From: Octopus bimaculoides | Taxonomy: Eukaryota | Reading direction: 5' to 3' | DNA: 64,000 nt | Assembly (NCBI RefSeq): GCF_001194135.2 | Contig: NC_068999.1 | Coordinates: forward strand, 33,015,910-33,079,909 | Part shown: in pieces, positions 36,906-49,435 of the stretch | Layout of the letters: each line of letters begins with the position of its first letter | Numbering within the stretch: position 1 is the stretch's first letter | Position numbers and translations under genes: made by a program | Notes under the pieces: model-generated | The model's input: only the letters and a program-made list of their open reading frames with translations | What the model was told of the DNA's origin: nothing | Databases searched by the model: none

Positions 36906-37008
36906 AATACAATCGGTTTGAAACAAAAATTCAAGATTTACGGGAACAAATCATGAACACAAGTACTGGCAGTTTACGAACAACACAGAAACGAACTCTT
37001 TATGTCAG
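36906..37008 (+). CDS. dlg1: Discs large exon, PDZ3 end and PDZ3-SH3 linker ([35 protein letters not shown])
   Basis: TTTTGCAG acceptor, CAG|GTAAGG donor; 103 nt, phase 1 to 2; joins the previous exon as G+AA=Glu. Matches Dlg EYxRFEAKIHDLREQxMN...GSLRTxQKRxLYVR. Confidence 0.96.
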
Positions 37009-37189
37009 GTAAGGAAAGAAGAATGGTCTGGAGTCAGTTTGATTGTTTGGGAGTCACACTGGGACAAGACATTTTTTTTTTAAATTCATTTTGTAAAAAG
37101 TGAAAGAACCTCTGCAACTGGTAGATAATGAAAACAACAAAAAAAAACTTTAATTCCTTCATAACAGCAATAGGTATCAGCACAATATA

Positions 37190-37403
37190 CAGGGTGGCCC
37201 AAAAGTAAGTTTACAGTTATTCAACTATCTCTTTCACATTCATATATTAATAGTTTAGATCTTAATTATAAAAAAATATGAAACCATTATTCCATGCTAA
37301 TTTAGTTAATTGTAAGAGAGAAATTTAAATGTAATTAAATGTTTTAAAAGAAATTAAGTGCCTACGTGATAACTGTAAACCTACTTTTGGGCTGGCTGCT
37401 CTG
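37190..37403. mobile_element. Tc1/mariner-type MITE (~214 bp)
   Basis: TA|CAGGGTGGCCCAAAAGTAAGTTTACAGTTAT ... ATAACTGTAAACCTACTTTTGGGC..CTG|TA; AT-rich interior. Confidence 0.7.
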
Positions 37404-37479
37404 TATAGTTATTCCAAGACTGAAGACTTGATCTAAATATTCATAACAGAGTGGACCCTGCTATCTATCTATTTGATTG

Positions 37480-37740
37480 TCTGACTTTCTAAGACCAAAT
37501 GATGTCCAGATCCTCCATAGCAATCTTCATATCCTCAACTTGATATCCATTGTCTTCCATGAGTTAATCAGTATATGATCTTCGTGGTCTGCCAATACCT
37601 GTACGTCCATTTTTGGGTTTCCAGAGAAGGAGATCACTGGATATTTCCTCCTTGCTTCTCCAGTAGTGTGCTGCATACTGTGTTTTTCTTTCTCTAATTA
37701 CTGAGGTGATGGTGTCAAACCAGGCAACAGATTAAGTTTA
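37480..37740 (-). mobile_element. RTE-like LINE 3' relic
   Basis: Minus-strand ITSVIRERKTQYAAHYWRSKEEISSDLLLWKPKNGRTGIGRPRRSYTD*LMED. Confidence 0.65.
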
Positions 37741-38228
37741 CCAGTCTTTCAAGTTCATACATTATGTCATCTACATCATCTTTTAAACATCCATTTTCTA
37801 TGCTGGCATAGGTTGGACAATTTGACCAGAGCTGACAAGTAGGAGAGCTGCACCAGGTTCCAGTCTGATTTGGCTTGGTTTCTACAGCTGGATGTTCTTC
37901 CTAATGCCAGTCACTTTACAGTGTGTGCTGGGTGCTTTTAACATGGCCACTGAAAACTGATACTTCGAGTGATTATAAATGAAGAGTAAGGACTTAGAAA
38001 GTATCTCCTTGGATGTCAGTGCTTACCATCGGACATGGTGCTAAAAGGAGAGATCACGTCATGGTTACCAAAATCACTTGGCACTGCTAAAGAGATGATA
38101 AAATTAGAAAATCAATAGGTCCCACCATGGACAAAATCAAGGTTAGGGTATGTTTGATTAAATGAATGAGATAGGTTTTGTGATCTTAACAGTATAGCTA
38201 TAGACTTAGAGTATGCATCTTATATATA

Positions 38229-39233
38229 CAGGGGTTGGACAAAATAATGGAAACACCTTAAAATTTCAAACAAATGTATTTTAATATGAAGTAGGACCGC
38301 CTTTGGCAGTAATTACAGCTTGAATTCTATGAGGGATGGACCCGTACAAAGTTTGAATTGTTTCCAAAGGAATTATTGTCCATTCTTCAGCTAAAACAGT
38401 CTCCAGTTCTTGTAGTGATGATGGTAGAGGATATCGACTCCTTACTTGTTTTTCTGAAATGCACCATAAATCGTCGTCGTTTAACGTCCGCTTTCCATGC
38501 TAGCATGGATTGGACGATTTGACTGAGGACTGGTGAAACCAGATGACTACACCAGGCTCCAATCTGATTTGGCAGAGTTTCTACAGCTGGATGCCCTTCC
38601 TAACGCCAACCACTCAGAGAGTGTAGTGGGTGCTTTTACCCACACAAAGGCCAGTCAGGCGGTACTGGCNNNNNNNNNNNNNNNNNNNNNNNNNNNNNNN
38701 NNNNNNNNNNNNNNNNNNNNNNNNNNNNNNNNNNNNNNNNNNNNNNNNNNNNNNNNNNNNNNNNNNNNNNNNNNNNNNNNNNNNNNNNNNNNNNNNNNNN
38801 NNNNNNNNNNNNNNNNNNNNCCTCATGCCATTCAGTAACAACTTTAGCTGTGTGAATTGGTGCATTATCATCCTGAAAGATTGCGTTTCCCTCTGGAAAC
38901 AGTTCCGCAACCATAGGATGAATTTGATCAGATAAAATGCTTAAATAGTCTTGACTATTAATTCTGCCATGAATGGAAACCATTGGGCCGACGGATTTCC
39001 AAGATATTGCCCCCCCCCTTCTATGTTTAACAGTTGGAAGAAGGCAGTCTAGGTCAAATGCTTCTTTTGGCTGTCTCCACACGTATACTCGGCTGGTGGT
39101 CGGAAATAAGGTAATGGACGACTCATCCGAGAAAATAACATTCTTCCACTCAGGGACCAATTCTGTGGGTTTTTACTCCACTCTAAACGCTTCACAACGT
39201 TTGTTTTTGAAAGTAGTGGTTTTCTGTTTGCAC
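38229..39233 (-). mobile_element. Tc1-like transposon, 3' half with DDE domain; SINE insertion and N gap inside
   Basis: ORF 38636-39160 has WKNVIFSDES...FQDDNAPIHTA; C-terminus LETVLAEEWTIIPLETIQTLYGSIPHRIQAVITAKGGPTSY*; TA|CAGGGGTTGGACAAAATAATGGAAACACC TIR at 38229. Same family as 9144. Confidence 0.92.
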
Positions 39234-39395
39234 ACACGCACAACACATTGTGTCACACAAATCCTACCTAAGGAATATGTTAAGGATATACATGTCTGTG
39301 GAATGCTCTGCCACTTACACATTAATTCAGTATTAGGTTATTCCACAACCACTCTCTCTTTTTCTCTCTCCCCATATATATATATATATATACAC

Positions 39396-39682
39396 ATAGT
39401 AATTCCCCGACTATTGCGGGCGTTACATTCCAAAAACTTCCGCGATAGATGAAAATTCACAGAGTAGAAACAATACTGTACTGTATATTTTTCTTTATAA
39501 TTTGTATATACTTATTTTATTACAAATGCAAAACACCACCACAGAGGAATCGACATAAGCTTAAATAATAAACAATGGTATGGTGAGGGATTATTGTATA
39601 GAAATCACAGAAATCACACATCAAAATCTTATGCTTCAAGTTGAACCTAACCTTACTGTAAAATCTGTTGGTTAAAAGGAAC
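39396..39682. mobile_element. Probable Tigger/pogo-like element end, running into an N gap
   Basis: AGTAATTCCCCGACTATTGCGGGCGTTACATTCC...CCGCGATAGATGAAAATTC resembles Tigger-type termini; the other end is not visible. Confidence 0.45.
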
Positions 39683-40559
39683 NNNNNNNNNNNNNNNNNN
39701 NNNNNNNNNNNNNNNNNNNNNNNNNNNNNNNNNNNNNNNNNNNNNNNNNNNNNNNNNNNNNNNNNNNNNNNNNNNNNNNNNNNNNNNNNNNNNNNNNNNN
39801 NNNNNNNNNNNNNNNNNNNNNNNNNNNNNNNNNNNNNNNNNNNNNNNNNNNNNNNNNNNNNNNNNNNNNNNNNNNNNNNNNNNNNNNNNNNNNNNNNNNN
39901 NNNNNNNNNNNNNNNNNNNNNNNNNNNNNNNNNNNNNNNNNNNNNNNNNNNNNNNNNNNNNNNNNNNNNNNNNNNNNNNNNNNNNNNNNNNNNNNNNNNN
40001 NNNNNNNNNNNNNNNNNNNNNNNNNNNNNNNNNNNNNNNNNNNNNNNNNNNNNNNNNNNNNNNNNNNNNNNNNNNNNNNNNNNNNNNNNNNNNNNNNNNN
40101 NNNNNNNNNNNNNNNNNNNNNNNNACTAAAAGGATGCATTCCTGCTTTTATCTTTCTCCCAAACCCCACCAAAAAAGAAGTAACACACCATTATTGATTA
40201 TCTGTTTGAGAAGTTACGAAATACAAATTGTGTCATCAACGCTGATTATTAAGCAAACTAAAGGCTTTTAATTTGTTTTGGTGGGTGAGATCAATATTAT
40301 TTTGATATTAAATCTTAACTTTGTGTAGGATAACACCACTGCATGGGACTCTGCATCAGTGAGTCAGTCCTTAAATGCACAATACCATAAGAATCATACT
40401 AAATTTTATTTACATTCATTTCAAAGGAAGTGAACCACTCTAATGCAAGGGAGGAAACTCTAATCTCTTCTGTCCTTCATTTTTGTTTTTATACCCTTTT
40501 TTCTTTTTAGCTAAGATGCCTTATGGTATTTGTTCCATCTCTCACAGTCCAAGCTCAAA

Positions 40560-41110
40560 TCTCACCACTTAGCCTCTCATCTTTTCGAGGTTAATAAAAA
40601 TGTACCAATCTTTGGACGCTGGATTGTTACATTTGGATCTGTTAGTGTGCTGGGCACAGTGCTTTGCAGTATCTACTCTGGTCCTTGGTGTCCTGATAGT
40701 AATGTCTGTGCTGACTTGTGCACAGCTGTATTGGCCCAAGTCAGTGACCTTTTCCTTGGATAACATCAGCAGCATGGAGTCAGGTGACTGGTATACATGG
40801 GAAACTGCCAGTTTCCTTCTTCTTCAAAAAATATCCATACCTGCACGTGCTGATGAATGATCAACTTTGACTTTGACCTCCTGGATTGCACAGACAAAGA
40901 GATCCATCAAATCCCAAATCATCACATGACAGCTGGCTTTTATTGCTTTTAGCTGCTTTACTGGTGATGTTGGAGATGTTAAAGATAGCTGGAGTTTTAC
41001 AGTAACACTTTACATTGCAAGTCTTGTGAAAGCTGGCTGAAGACCACCTCTTTTTTGTAGGAACTTACTAACACATTTCTCTACTCCTTCCATTCTTCTT
41101 AATGAGATCT
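40560..41110 (-). mobile_element. Probable HERO/NeSL-like non-LTR retrotransposon relic
   Basis: Minus-strand fragments KCVSKFL..GLQPAFT.LA..S.TVKLQLSLTS...KAIKA resemble the post-RT KFLRxWLGLP..L.S.ALY...KLQLP region of R2-superfamily elements; heavily frameshifted. Confidence 0.5.
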
Positions 41111-41873
41111 TGTGCATTTGGAGTGACTATAAAAGCTTGCCACCAAAATCCATGGCAATACTCCATGAATGCATATAGATACATCATCATCACATCCATT
41201 TTCCATGCTAGCTTGGGCTACACAAAATTTGCCGGGGCAGGTTTCTATGGCTGGTGAGTTCAACTTATTACCGAGACTCTGACTAGTTTTCAAAGTAAGA
41301 TATTTTCATTTCACTGGCCCCTAACATTACAAACCAAGGGATCACTGAAACTGCAGGAATTTTATTTACTGGAGAGTCTAAACAATGTCCTTAGCTTTAT
41401 CTTTTTCTTTTTTTCCCATCTTTTTACTTGTTTCACTTATTAGATGGCAGCCGTGCTGCGGCACCACTTTGAAGAATTTTTAGTTGAATGAATTGATCCC
41501 AGTACTTATATTTTAAAGCCTGGTTCTTATTCTATTGCTCTCTTTTGCCGACCTACTCGATTACAGGGATGTAAACACACCAACACCACTTGCCAAGCAG
41601 TGGTGGGGGACAAAGGTATGCGCGCGCGCACGCACACACACACACACACACACACAATACGCTTCTTTCAGTTTCTGTCTTCCAAATCCACTCTCAAGGC
41701 TTTGGTTGGCTTGTGGCTATAGTAGAAGACACTTGCCCAAGGTGCGAGGCAGCGGGACTGAACCCGAAACAATGTGTCTGGTCAATTTGTGTTAATGAGG
41801 ACACAAGGAAATAACATTCCTAAACACAAACACGCACACTTATATTAACTCACATGACATGTATGTATGTATG

Positions 41874-41918
<45 letters not shown>

Positions 41919-42057
41919 GGTTTTCTCTGTTTCATTCTAACCACTTCTACTTTTAAACCATTGTTCTGTTCTAGGTACCATGTAGTAGGACTGAACTTGA
42001 AGCCATGTACTTGTGAAATGCACTTCATGACCTGTCATGCCATTGTACATGTATAGT

Positions 42058-42380
42058 GAAGGCATGTGGTTTAGTGGTTAGGGTAATCAGCTTATAATCG
42101 TAAGGTCATAAGTTCAATTCCCAACGGCACATTGTGTCCTTGAGCAAGATGCTTAATTTCACATTGCTCTAGTTCACTCAGCTCGCAAAAAATGAATTGT
42201 ACCTGTATTTCAAAGGGTTGACCTTGTCATATTCTATGTGTCATGCTGAATCTCCCCAAGAACTATGTTAAGGGTATGCATGTCTGTGGAGTGCTCAGCC
42301 ACTTGCACATTAATTTCACGAACAGGCTGTTCCGTTGATCGGATCAATTGGAACTCACATCATCGTAAACTGACAAAGCG
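42058..42380 (+). mobile_element. tRNA-derived SINE with CORE-like central domain
   Basis: GGCATGTGGTTTAGTGGTTAGG...AGTTCAATTCC head followed by TGTGTCCTTGAGCAAGATGCTTAA; the 3' ~190 bp match 15150-15340 in inverted orientation. Confidence 0.7.
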
Positions 42381-43479
42381 CCAGTTTTTGTACATATATA
42401 GGGTTATGTATAACTATGTATACAAATGTATGTGTGTAAGATTATGTCAATAATATATGAAGTTGAGTATTACATTGAATGTGAATGACAAGTTTGTGAG
42501 ATTGAAAGGCAGAGGCATATAAACATAAAATGTATCTGTTTAATAAGTGTGAGCACAAAGTGGGGAAACATGAGTCATTAAAGAAAGCAAGATGTCTATT
42601 AATAATATTATTGCTGTAAAATTGATAATAGTTTGTCTGTGAAAAAGAAAGGGTGTACAGAAAAGGGGAAGTGAAAGGATGAAGAGATGGATTACAGGAC
42701 TGTCATTCTATCAAATAAACTTTAACAGATACTAATAACACCCTTCTCCTCATCCTTTTAAAATCTAATTGAAACTCACAAAAGCGCATGCCAACAAAAC
42801 AAGACAACCGCAAGATACTCACTGCCTCAATCAGCCACCATTTCCATCTGCTGCTTGCTATCACTTAGAAATATATTTTTATCTTATTTGTTTACTTGCA
42901 TGTCAAACAAGTGTGAGTGTAGCGCATTAAGTGGGAGGAGGCTTTATATTTCAGTGATGACTCAACTTTTCATTACTGCATCAGTTTGGAGAAGGGGTGG
43001 AATCAAACCCCTATCTCATTGATTCCAAAGTCAATACACAACTAGTTTAGGTTTTTCTACTAATGAATTTACACTTCATCATCTCCTTGCTAACCCCTTT
43101 GTCTATACAGTGGAGAGGTGGACAGGTAGGGGATATGTCAGCACCTAGCTTCAACAAGTTGGAAACATAGCCCTTAACTTTTATTCTCTATTTCTTCTTT
43201 CCTCTCCCCTCCCTATGTTCAACTACTTGTTATCACTTATTCAACAATCTTGAATCAATGTAACAACTCCCACATATTCACCCAACAACCACCTCCATCA
43301 CGTTCAATGGCCAACACAACCACTATCACAGAAATCAAGTTTTTGTCTCTCTTCTCTTTATTTTGCTATTTCGTTCATAAAGAATACTTCTACCGCAATA
43401 TTGTATTTGTAGTCATTATGAGGCTGTGATTGGTAGACTCAGAAGATTGCCAAACAAAGTGTGGTATTTAGTTGTGGTT

Positions 43480-44580
43480 CCTGTAGATTTTTGTCAAATA
43501 AAAGAGCTGTCAAGTATTAGGGTTGATGTAATTGGTTAATCCCCCTTACCCCCAAAATTGGTGACCTTGTGCTAAAAATTGTAACAAAGGCAGTAAGCTG
43601 GCAGAATTGTTAGCATTTAAGGCAAAAATACCTAGCAGCATTTTTTCCAGCTCTCTATGTTCTAAGTTCAAATACAGCTGAGGCTAACTTTGCCTTTCAT
43701 ACTGAAGTAAAGGGCTTGTTAAGCAACGGAATCAATGTAATCAACTAAACCCCTCCCCTTAAAATTGATGGCTTTGTGCCAAAATTTGAAAGGAATCATT
43801 AATTTTGCTGAATTAGCCGAATCAGTTGAACAGTGGACAAAATACATTACAGTAGTTGGTTACAGCCATTTACATTCTGAATTCAAATCACATTTAGGTT
43901 GATAAAAATAAAGTACCAGTCATCCACTAATTTGATATGATTATTTCCTCCCACTAAAATTTCTGACTCTGGGCTGAAGATATCAAATTACTTCCTAACC
44001 TCAAAGATTGCTGGCAGCCTTGTGTCTAAATTAGAATCAGTGTCAGATGAAATGCTTAGCAACTCTTCTTCCAACTCTTTATATTTTGAGTTCAAATACT
44101 GCCACAGTCAACTTTCCTTTCATCTTTTTAGGATTTATAAATATAATACCACCTGAGCACTGGGGTTGATGTAATCAACTTAGCCCTACCTCTAAAATTG
44201 CTGGCCTTGTGCTGAAATTTGAAATAAGTATTGGTAAGCTAGCAAAATCGTTAGCATGCCAGACATGACACTTAGGAGCATTTCATCCATCTGTACATTC
44301 TGTAATCAACTATACCTGTCCCCTAAAATTTTAGGCTGTATGCTTATAGTATAAAGGATTATCATTGTTGTTGGGTCAGCAAAATGGCAAAATCAGTTGA
44401 GCATCAGAAGAAATGCTTTGCAGGAATTTTTGCTGCTCTTTATAGTCTAGGTTCAAACCTGCAGAAGTCAACTTTGCCTTTCATCATTTCTGGGTCAATC
44501 AAGTATTGGTCAGGTACTTGGGTCAATGGTATCGGCTAACTTTCTCTCCTTAAATTGTTGGCCTTGTGCCTTTATTGTTA
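43480..44580 (+). repeat. Head-to-tail cluster of about six degenerate copies of one SINE family
   Basis: Recurring AAGCTGGCAGAATTGTTAGCA head, GTTCAAAT B-box-like motif, AACTTTGCCTTTCAT, GATGTAATCAACT and AAAATTGCTGGCCTTGTG; all on the same strand. Confidence 0.75.
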
Positions 44581-45459
44581 TTATTATTGCTGTTCTGTGT
44601 AGATGCCATACTGCCTATTCAATAGATAATATTTTTCTGTCTGCTTCTGGCTAATATAGAAACTATCATCATCATCACTAACGTCACTTCTCAGCACCAC
44701 CACCATTTTCACCATCACCTATACTTTCTCCCCCCCCCCCACTCCCACCATCATATTCACTGTATTAACATTAACTTTTTTTTCACTGAAATCCCTTCAC
44801 TTGTTATTATCATCAAAAATGACATTTCATTTTTTTTTTTTTTTTTTTTTTTTCAAAATCTTTCCCTTAAAGTTTTCACTTGAGTGTTGAACTAAAGACG
44901 CACACACATTGGTGCCTCCTCTCTATCTCTCTCTTTACCTACATATCTGTCACAGCCGAGATGTAAAGCTGTCATGCAAGTTTCTATCCTCCTTCTGATT
45001 ATCTTCACTTCTTTTCTTTTTAAAAAGAAGAAAGAATAAAAATAACTTTTCTTTTTTAAAATAAGTTATTTTGCTTGCACTTAAAAATATTATTATTGCG
45101 GTTATTATTATTTTTTTTATCATCATTATTATTGCATCATACGTACATTGACTGTTAACAATGTAGCAAGTCAATCTCCTTGTTCTGGCTGTGTGTAAAG
45201 GGGTGGGGCAGAGTGACATGGAGACAGAGAGATTGAAATAATAATGTACAAGATGGGTGGTGGTAGTAAAGTGTATATTTCACCCTACCTTCCCGTCATC
45301 TCTTTTCTCTTTCCATCTCCTACACGCGCACACTAACCCTGCCCTGCCCCCATCAGCATCTTCAAATAAGTATGTATTGATTTAACATGAAGAATTTAGT
45401 GATTTCCTAACAAACTTTCAGGAAATTTTCTTTGAATAGTGTCAAAAGGAGAGAGTGAA

Positions 45460-45730
45460 TAGATTAAATTAGTAATAATAACAATAATAATAATAATAAT
45501 AATAAGAGCACTCAGAGAGTGCAAACCTCCGCCAAGGTAACACCAACGTCCTCTCAATGATTAGCCAGAGATGATTTTTAAAATGAGAATATCTGGAATA
45601 AACTTACCTGCTCTCACAAACGAGAATACTAAAAACGAACCCAACTGCTCTCAAAAATTAAGTAAAAAAAAAAAAGCAAAAATAATCCAGAATCGTTGTC
45701 CAATACCCGATCGATCCCAATGGTAGTCAT
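45460..45730 (+). mobile_element. Interspersed repeat starting AATAAGAGCACTCAGAGAGTGCAAACCTCCGCC after an (AAT)n tract; possibly Helentron-associated
   Basis: Short CTC..GAG self-complementary start after a microsatellite; the classification is a guess. Confidence 0.3.
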
Positions 45731-45769
45731 GGAATGTGAAGTTGGGTGTGTAGGCTGTGTGTGTGTTGT

Positions 45770-46300
45770 TTTGCAGTGGGAACTGGAACAGTTTTCTCTA
45801 TGAAGGCCTTTTTAGTCTATCCACTGATATAGTGTCTTTACAACCATTAAGGTTTATAGTGAAAAATTTATCTGTGCATGAAAGAAAATGGAAAGGACCT
45901 ACATATGGTGCTGTTAATGGAGGTTTGACAACATTGTTGCGCAAAAAAAATGTGAGTCCAAGAAGCAAAGCTTCCTTCAAGGCAGAGCTAGAAATGCAGT
46001 TGTCAAGTAGGTAAGAGGTTTTAAACAGGAGATATATATTCAAAATTGATAACACTAAAAATTGTTGAGGATAAATTAAATTTATTGTTGTTACTGAATA
46101 TGTTAGTGTTATTTAATTTCTGAATGGTTTTGCTGCCGTTTGTTTATGTAGGTATATAAATTGTCAGAGATGATAATGCAGTCCTTCCTGACAGAGGAGG
46201 ATCTTGGTCCAGGACCAGTTGAGGAATCCCACTGTCCAAGGTCAACCTTGAAAACCAGGGGCAAATAACCTCTCCAACTGTCTACAGGGCTTATAAAGTG
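45770..46300 (-). mobile_element. Ty3/Gypsy integrase C-terminal relic
   Basis: Minus-strand FLRNNVVKPPLTAPYVGPFHFLSCTDKFFTINLNGCKDTISVDRLK matches the GPY/F-type integrase tail; upstream W..YLPLV fragment. Confidence 0.75.
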
Positions 46301-48739
46301 ATCGTATGCACTCTTGCCATTTTTGTTACTCACACCTCACTTTCAGTAATTTTATTGGTGCATAGCACCTTCTTCACTTCATCCTCGTTTATAAGTGAAA
46401 CTTCAAAAAGTCAATAAGAGCTTTACCAAAGAGTTGCCCTCAGGCATTACATTCTTGTTCATCACACAACTGCTTTCATTATGGCCACCAGACAGAAGAA
46501 AACTACTATCTCTACTCAATTTATCTCTTTAGCATTCAAATTATTCTCTCAAATGTAATGCTTATTTATTCATATTGTTTTGAATTAATGATGCATTACC
46601 TCATAGCTTTCAGATTTCAATGATGTGATTGCTTATTTTTAGAATGACATTGTAGGATCAGGTGAGAGGCCAGATTTGGCTGGTTTGAACATAAAATGGG
46701 TATAATACTTAGAGGCCTGACATAGCCAGTTTAAATACTAAAGGGCTAAAGGAAGGCAGCAAAGCAATCATAGCCATAAACTCAAAGGAGTATCAGGTCT
46801 GACCGTCTGACATAACTCCACAATTCAGCATTGCTTGGATACTTAACATGTACAAAAAGGTTCCATTGTTATGTGTAAATCTTATACAGGCCCAGAAAAA
46901 CTCGCCAAAAAGAAGTTGGTTCATTCCTTATACAGTGACAAAAAAAAAATTAAATAGTTTTGAAGCAAACACATCCCAGTTTGAACAACAAAAAATTTGA
47001 AAAATTTTACTGAGTCACAATGGAGCTTGCCCTTCCCATTGATACCAGTAATAATAGTAACTGTTTCTAGTGGGAACTAGATAACTACATTGACTCCAGT
47101 ATGTGACTGATACTTTATCAATGCTGGAGTCATGAAAAGCAAAGCTGACTTTAACAGAACTTGAACCCAGAACATAAAGAGCTCGAAGAAACGCGGTTCT
47201 GTTTGATTTCTTTTATAGCTCCATTTCCAGATTCTTCTCCATGTCGATACAGAATGTTTATTTATAAAATTATTCTATTTATTTATAAAATCTACTTCCA
47301 CCACCTCAACACTGCTTACCATCACAAAGACCCAACAATTTTATTCTACAACAACAACACTACCACCCTCTGGTCAATACATCATTCCTCGTCCATACCT
47401 TGACAGACATCTCTTCTATAAACATTGGTTGACATCATTAACGTCCTACTGGTCTTTCAGCTCAATCCTGCTCCAAGAATTAATTCAATGATATCAGTTT
47501 CTCTTAGACACTCAGTTATTCATTTCATTCTCTCTCCCTCTCTCTTTTTCTCTCCCTCTCTCTTTTTCTCCCCCTCTCTCTCATGCAATAGAAATATGTT
47601 CCATCACAAAATGATGCAAGATTGTTAGAAAAGACAGAGAAAGCAGAGGAGATAAAAAAAATAAAAAAATTTAAAAACTCAATCAAATGAAATTGTGGAG
47701 TATTTGTTTTGTTAGTTTTTAATATTTTCTCCACAGCACTCTGGAAATAAATCACATGCCAGGAAGCTGTGTAAATTCATGTGGAAGCTAAAATATAATG
47801 GCACCAATAATAAGTAGAATGGTCGATAATCAATAGCAATGCTGTTGTATTAACAGTTGAGGAAACCATTCAAATTTCAGGGTTGGTCCAGCACCACTGG
47901 ATTTGAGACAAAAGACATGGATGCCCATTGAAATAACTGCCATTTAATTAAATGATGGACTGAAGAATTTTACGGTTTTACTGTCAACTGGTTACTATAT
48001 TCAATGTTCTCCTTCTCCCTTCTCCTTATTATTATCATCATCACCATCATTATTATTTCTACTAATACAGCTACTATAATCACCACTACTTCTACTACAG
48101 CTACTGTTACCACTACAACTATTATTATCACTAGAACTTCTGGCACCACTACTACAACAATTATTATTATCATCATCACCAACATTACTACTATTATTAA
48201 CAATATCAACATAGAACCAGTGAGGGAGCTGCTATACAGTAGCTCAAATCTGCTAAAAATAGCAGTCAAATCTTGCTCATAACATGCTCCACCATCTTAT
48301 ATAAAGCAACAATGATAAGATGGTCATGATTATTAGAATGTCTTTCATTATAGTTCTGCTGGATCAGAGCTCTCCTGGGACTAAACAGCATATTAATCAT
48401 AATGCTTTCTAACGCAACTACAAGGCCAAATGGAATGCAGTTGATTGTATCTCTCCCTTTGATGACTTATTTCATCAACCTTGGAAGGATGAAAGATAAA
48501 AGTCAATGCAACTTATTTGCCAAATGGACCTTTATATAAATTTAACTTCTAGGTACCTAGCTTTACGTACATGCTTCTCTCAACCCAAATCATTAACAGC
48601 TGTGACATTAACTTGTGTTTAGTGAGCCTCTTCATCTTCATGGGTGAAGAGGGTGCTAGTGTCTGAGGTGGCTGTTCAGGCCAAGGGCAGTATAGAAGAA
48701 CTAGAAGCATTTATCAGAGGGTAGGGTTGGCAGAGAATG

Positions 48740-49050
48740 AGGAAGTGCAAGTCACTCTTTACGTCTTCGATGTTTGTTATTTTCCATCAGGTCTGTTCCC
48801 TTGGCAATGACATGTCACCACCTTGAGCTGTCATTAGCAATTGTTTCCCATGTACTGGGGTTGATGGAGCAGCAGAAGAGAGTGGCCTTGAGCTGATCTC
48901 AGAAACGGAATTTGGGAGCTTCGCATGGTGTGATGCATAGGCCAACTCTACAAAGCGGAGTTGACAGGGAAGGTGCAATTTTGGCATACATATGATGTGT
49001 CTCAACCAGTAAACAATACAAACAAGTAACAATCCCTCACACTTAGCCAA
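48740..49050 (-). mobile_element. RTE/BovB-like LINE 3' relic
   Basis: Minus-strand YWLRHIICMPK.HLPCQLRFVEL, then DQLKATLFCCSINPSTWETIANDSSRW in another frame. Confidence 0.7.
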
Positions 49051-49399
49051 CTACTAGCTGCCCCCAAAGAACACTTCTTTTGTACAACCAGAAAAATTGT
49101 TTCTATCACTCTTTCCTATTCCTATCCACTCAAACCTATAGTGTTTTACTTTCTTCTCTATTTCTCATGTTTCCTTACAAACTCACGCCACACTTAATTT
49201 CCTAATACATAGCTCCAACTCCCAGATGAACCTATCCCTGTTCCCTAATCATTTTTCTTTCTTTCTCATCCTAATATTCCTTTTCTAGCATCCCTACTTC
49301 CTCTTTCTCACTCTCCTATCTTCTCACACTTAATTGTAGACTTTCTCCCTTCCTTCCTAGGTTCTCTCTCTCTCTCTCTCNNNNNNNNNNNNNNNNNNN

Positions 49400-49435
<36 letters not shown>

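Noticed and set aside
10087-39233. A 29-kb inversion splitting one Tc1 element
   Set aside because: The dlg exons at 16928 and 36906 lie inside this interval in the correct order and strand relative to downstream exons.
44956-44962. 7-nt exon-like unit CAG|CCGAGAT|GTAAAG after a CT-rich tract
   Set aside because: Not frame-preserving, modest donor, no other support.
47970-48282. Thr/Ile-rich and Val/Ile-rich ORFs (mucin-like or membrane-like)
   Set aside because: They are translations of degenerate (ACT/ATT/ATC)n microsatellite; the same applies near 27960-28060.
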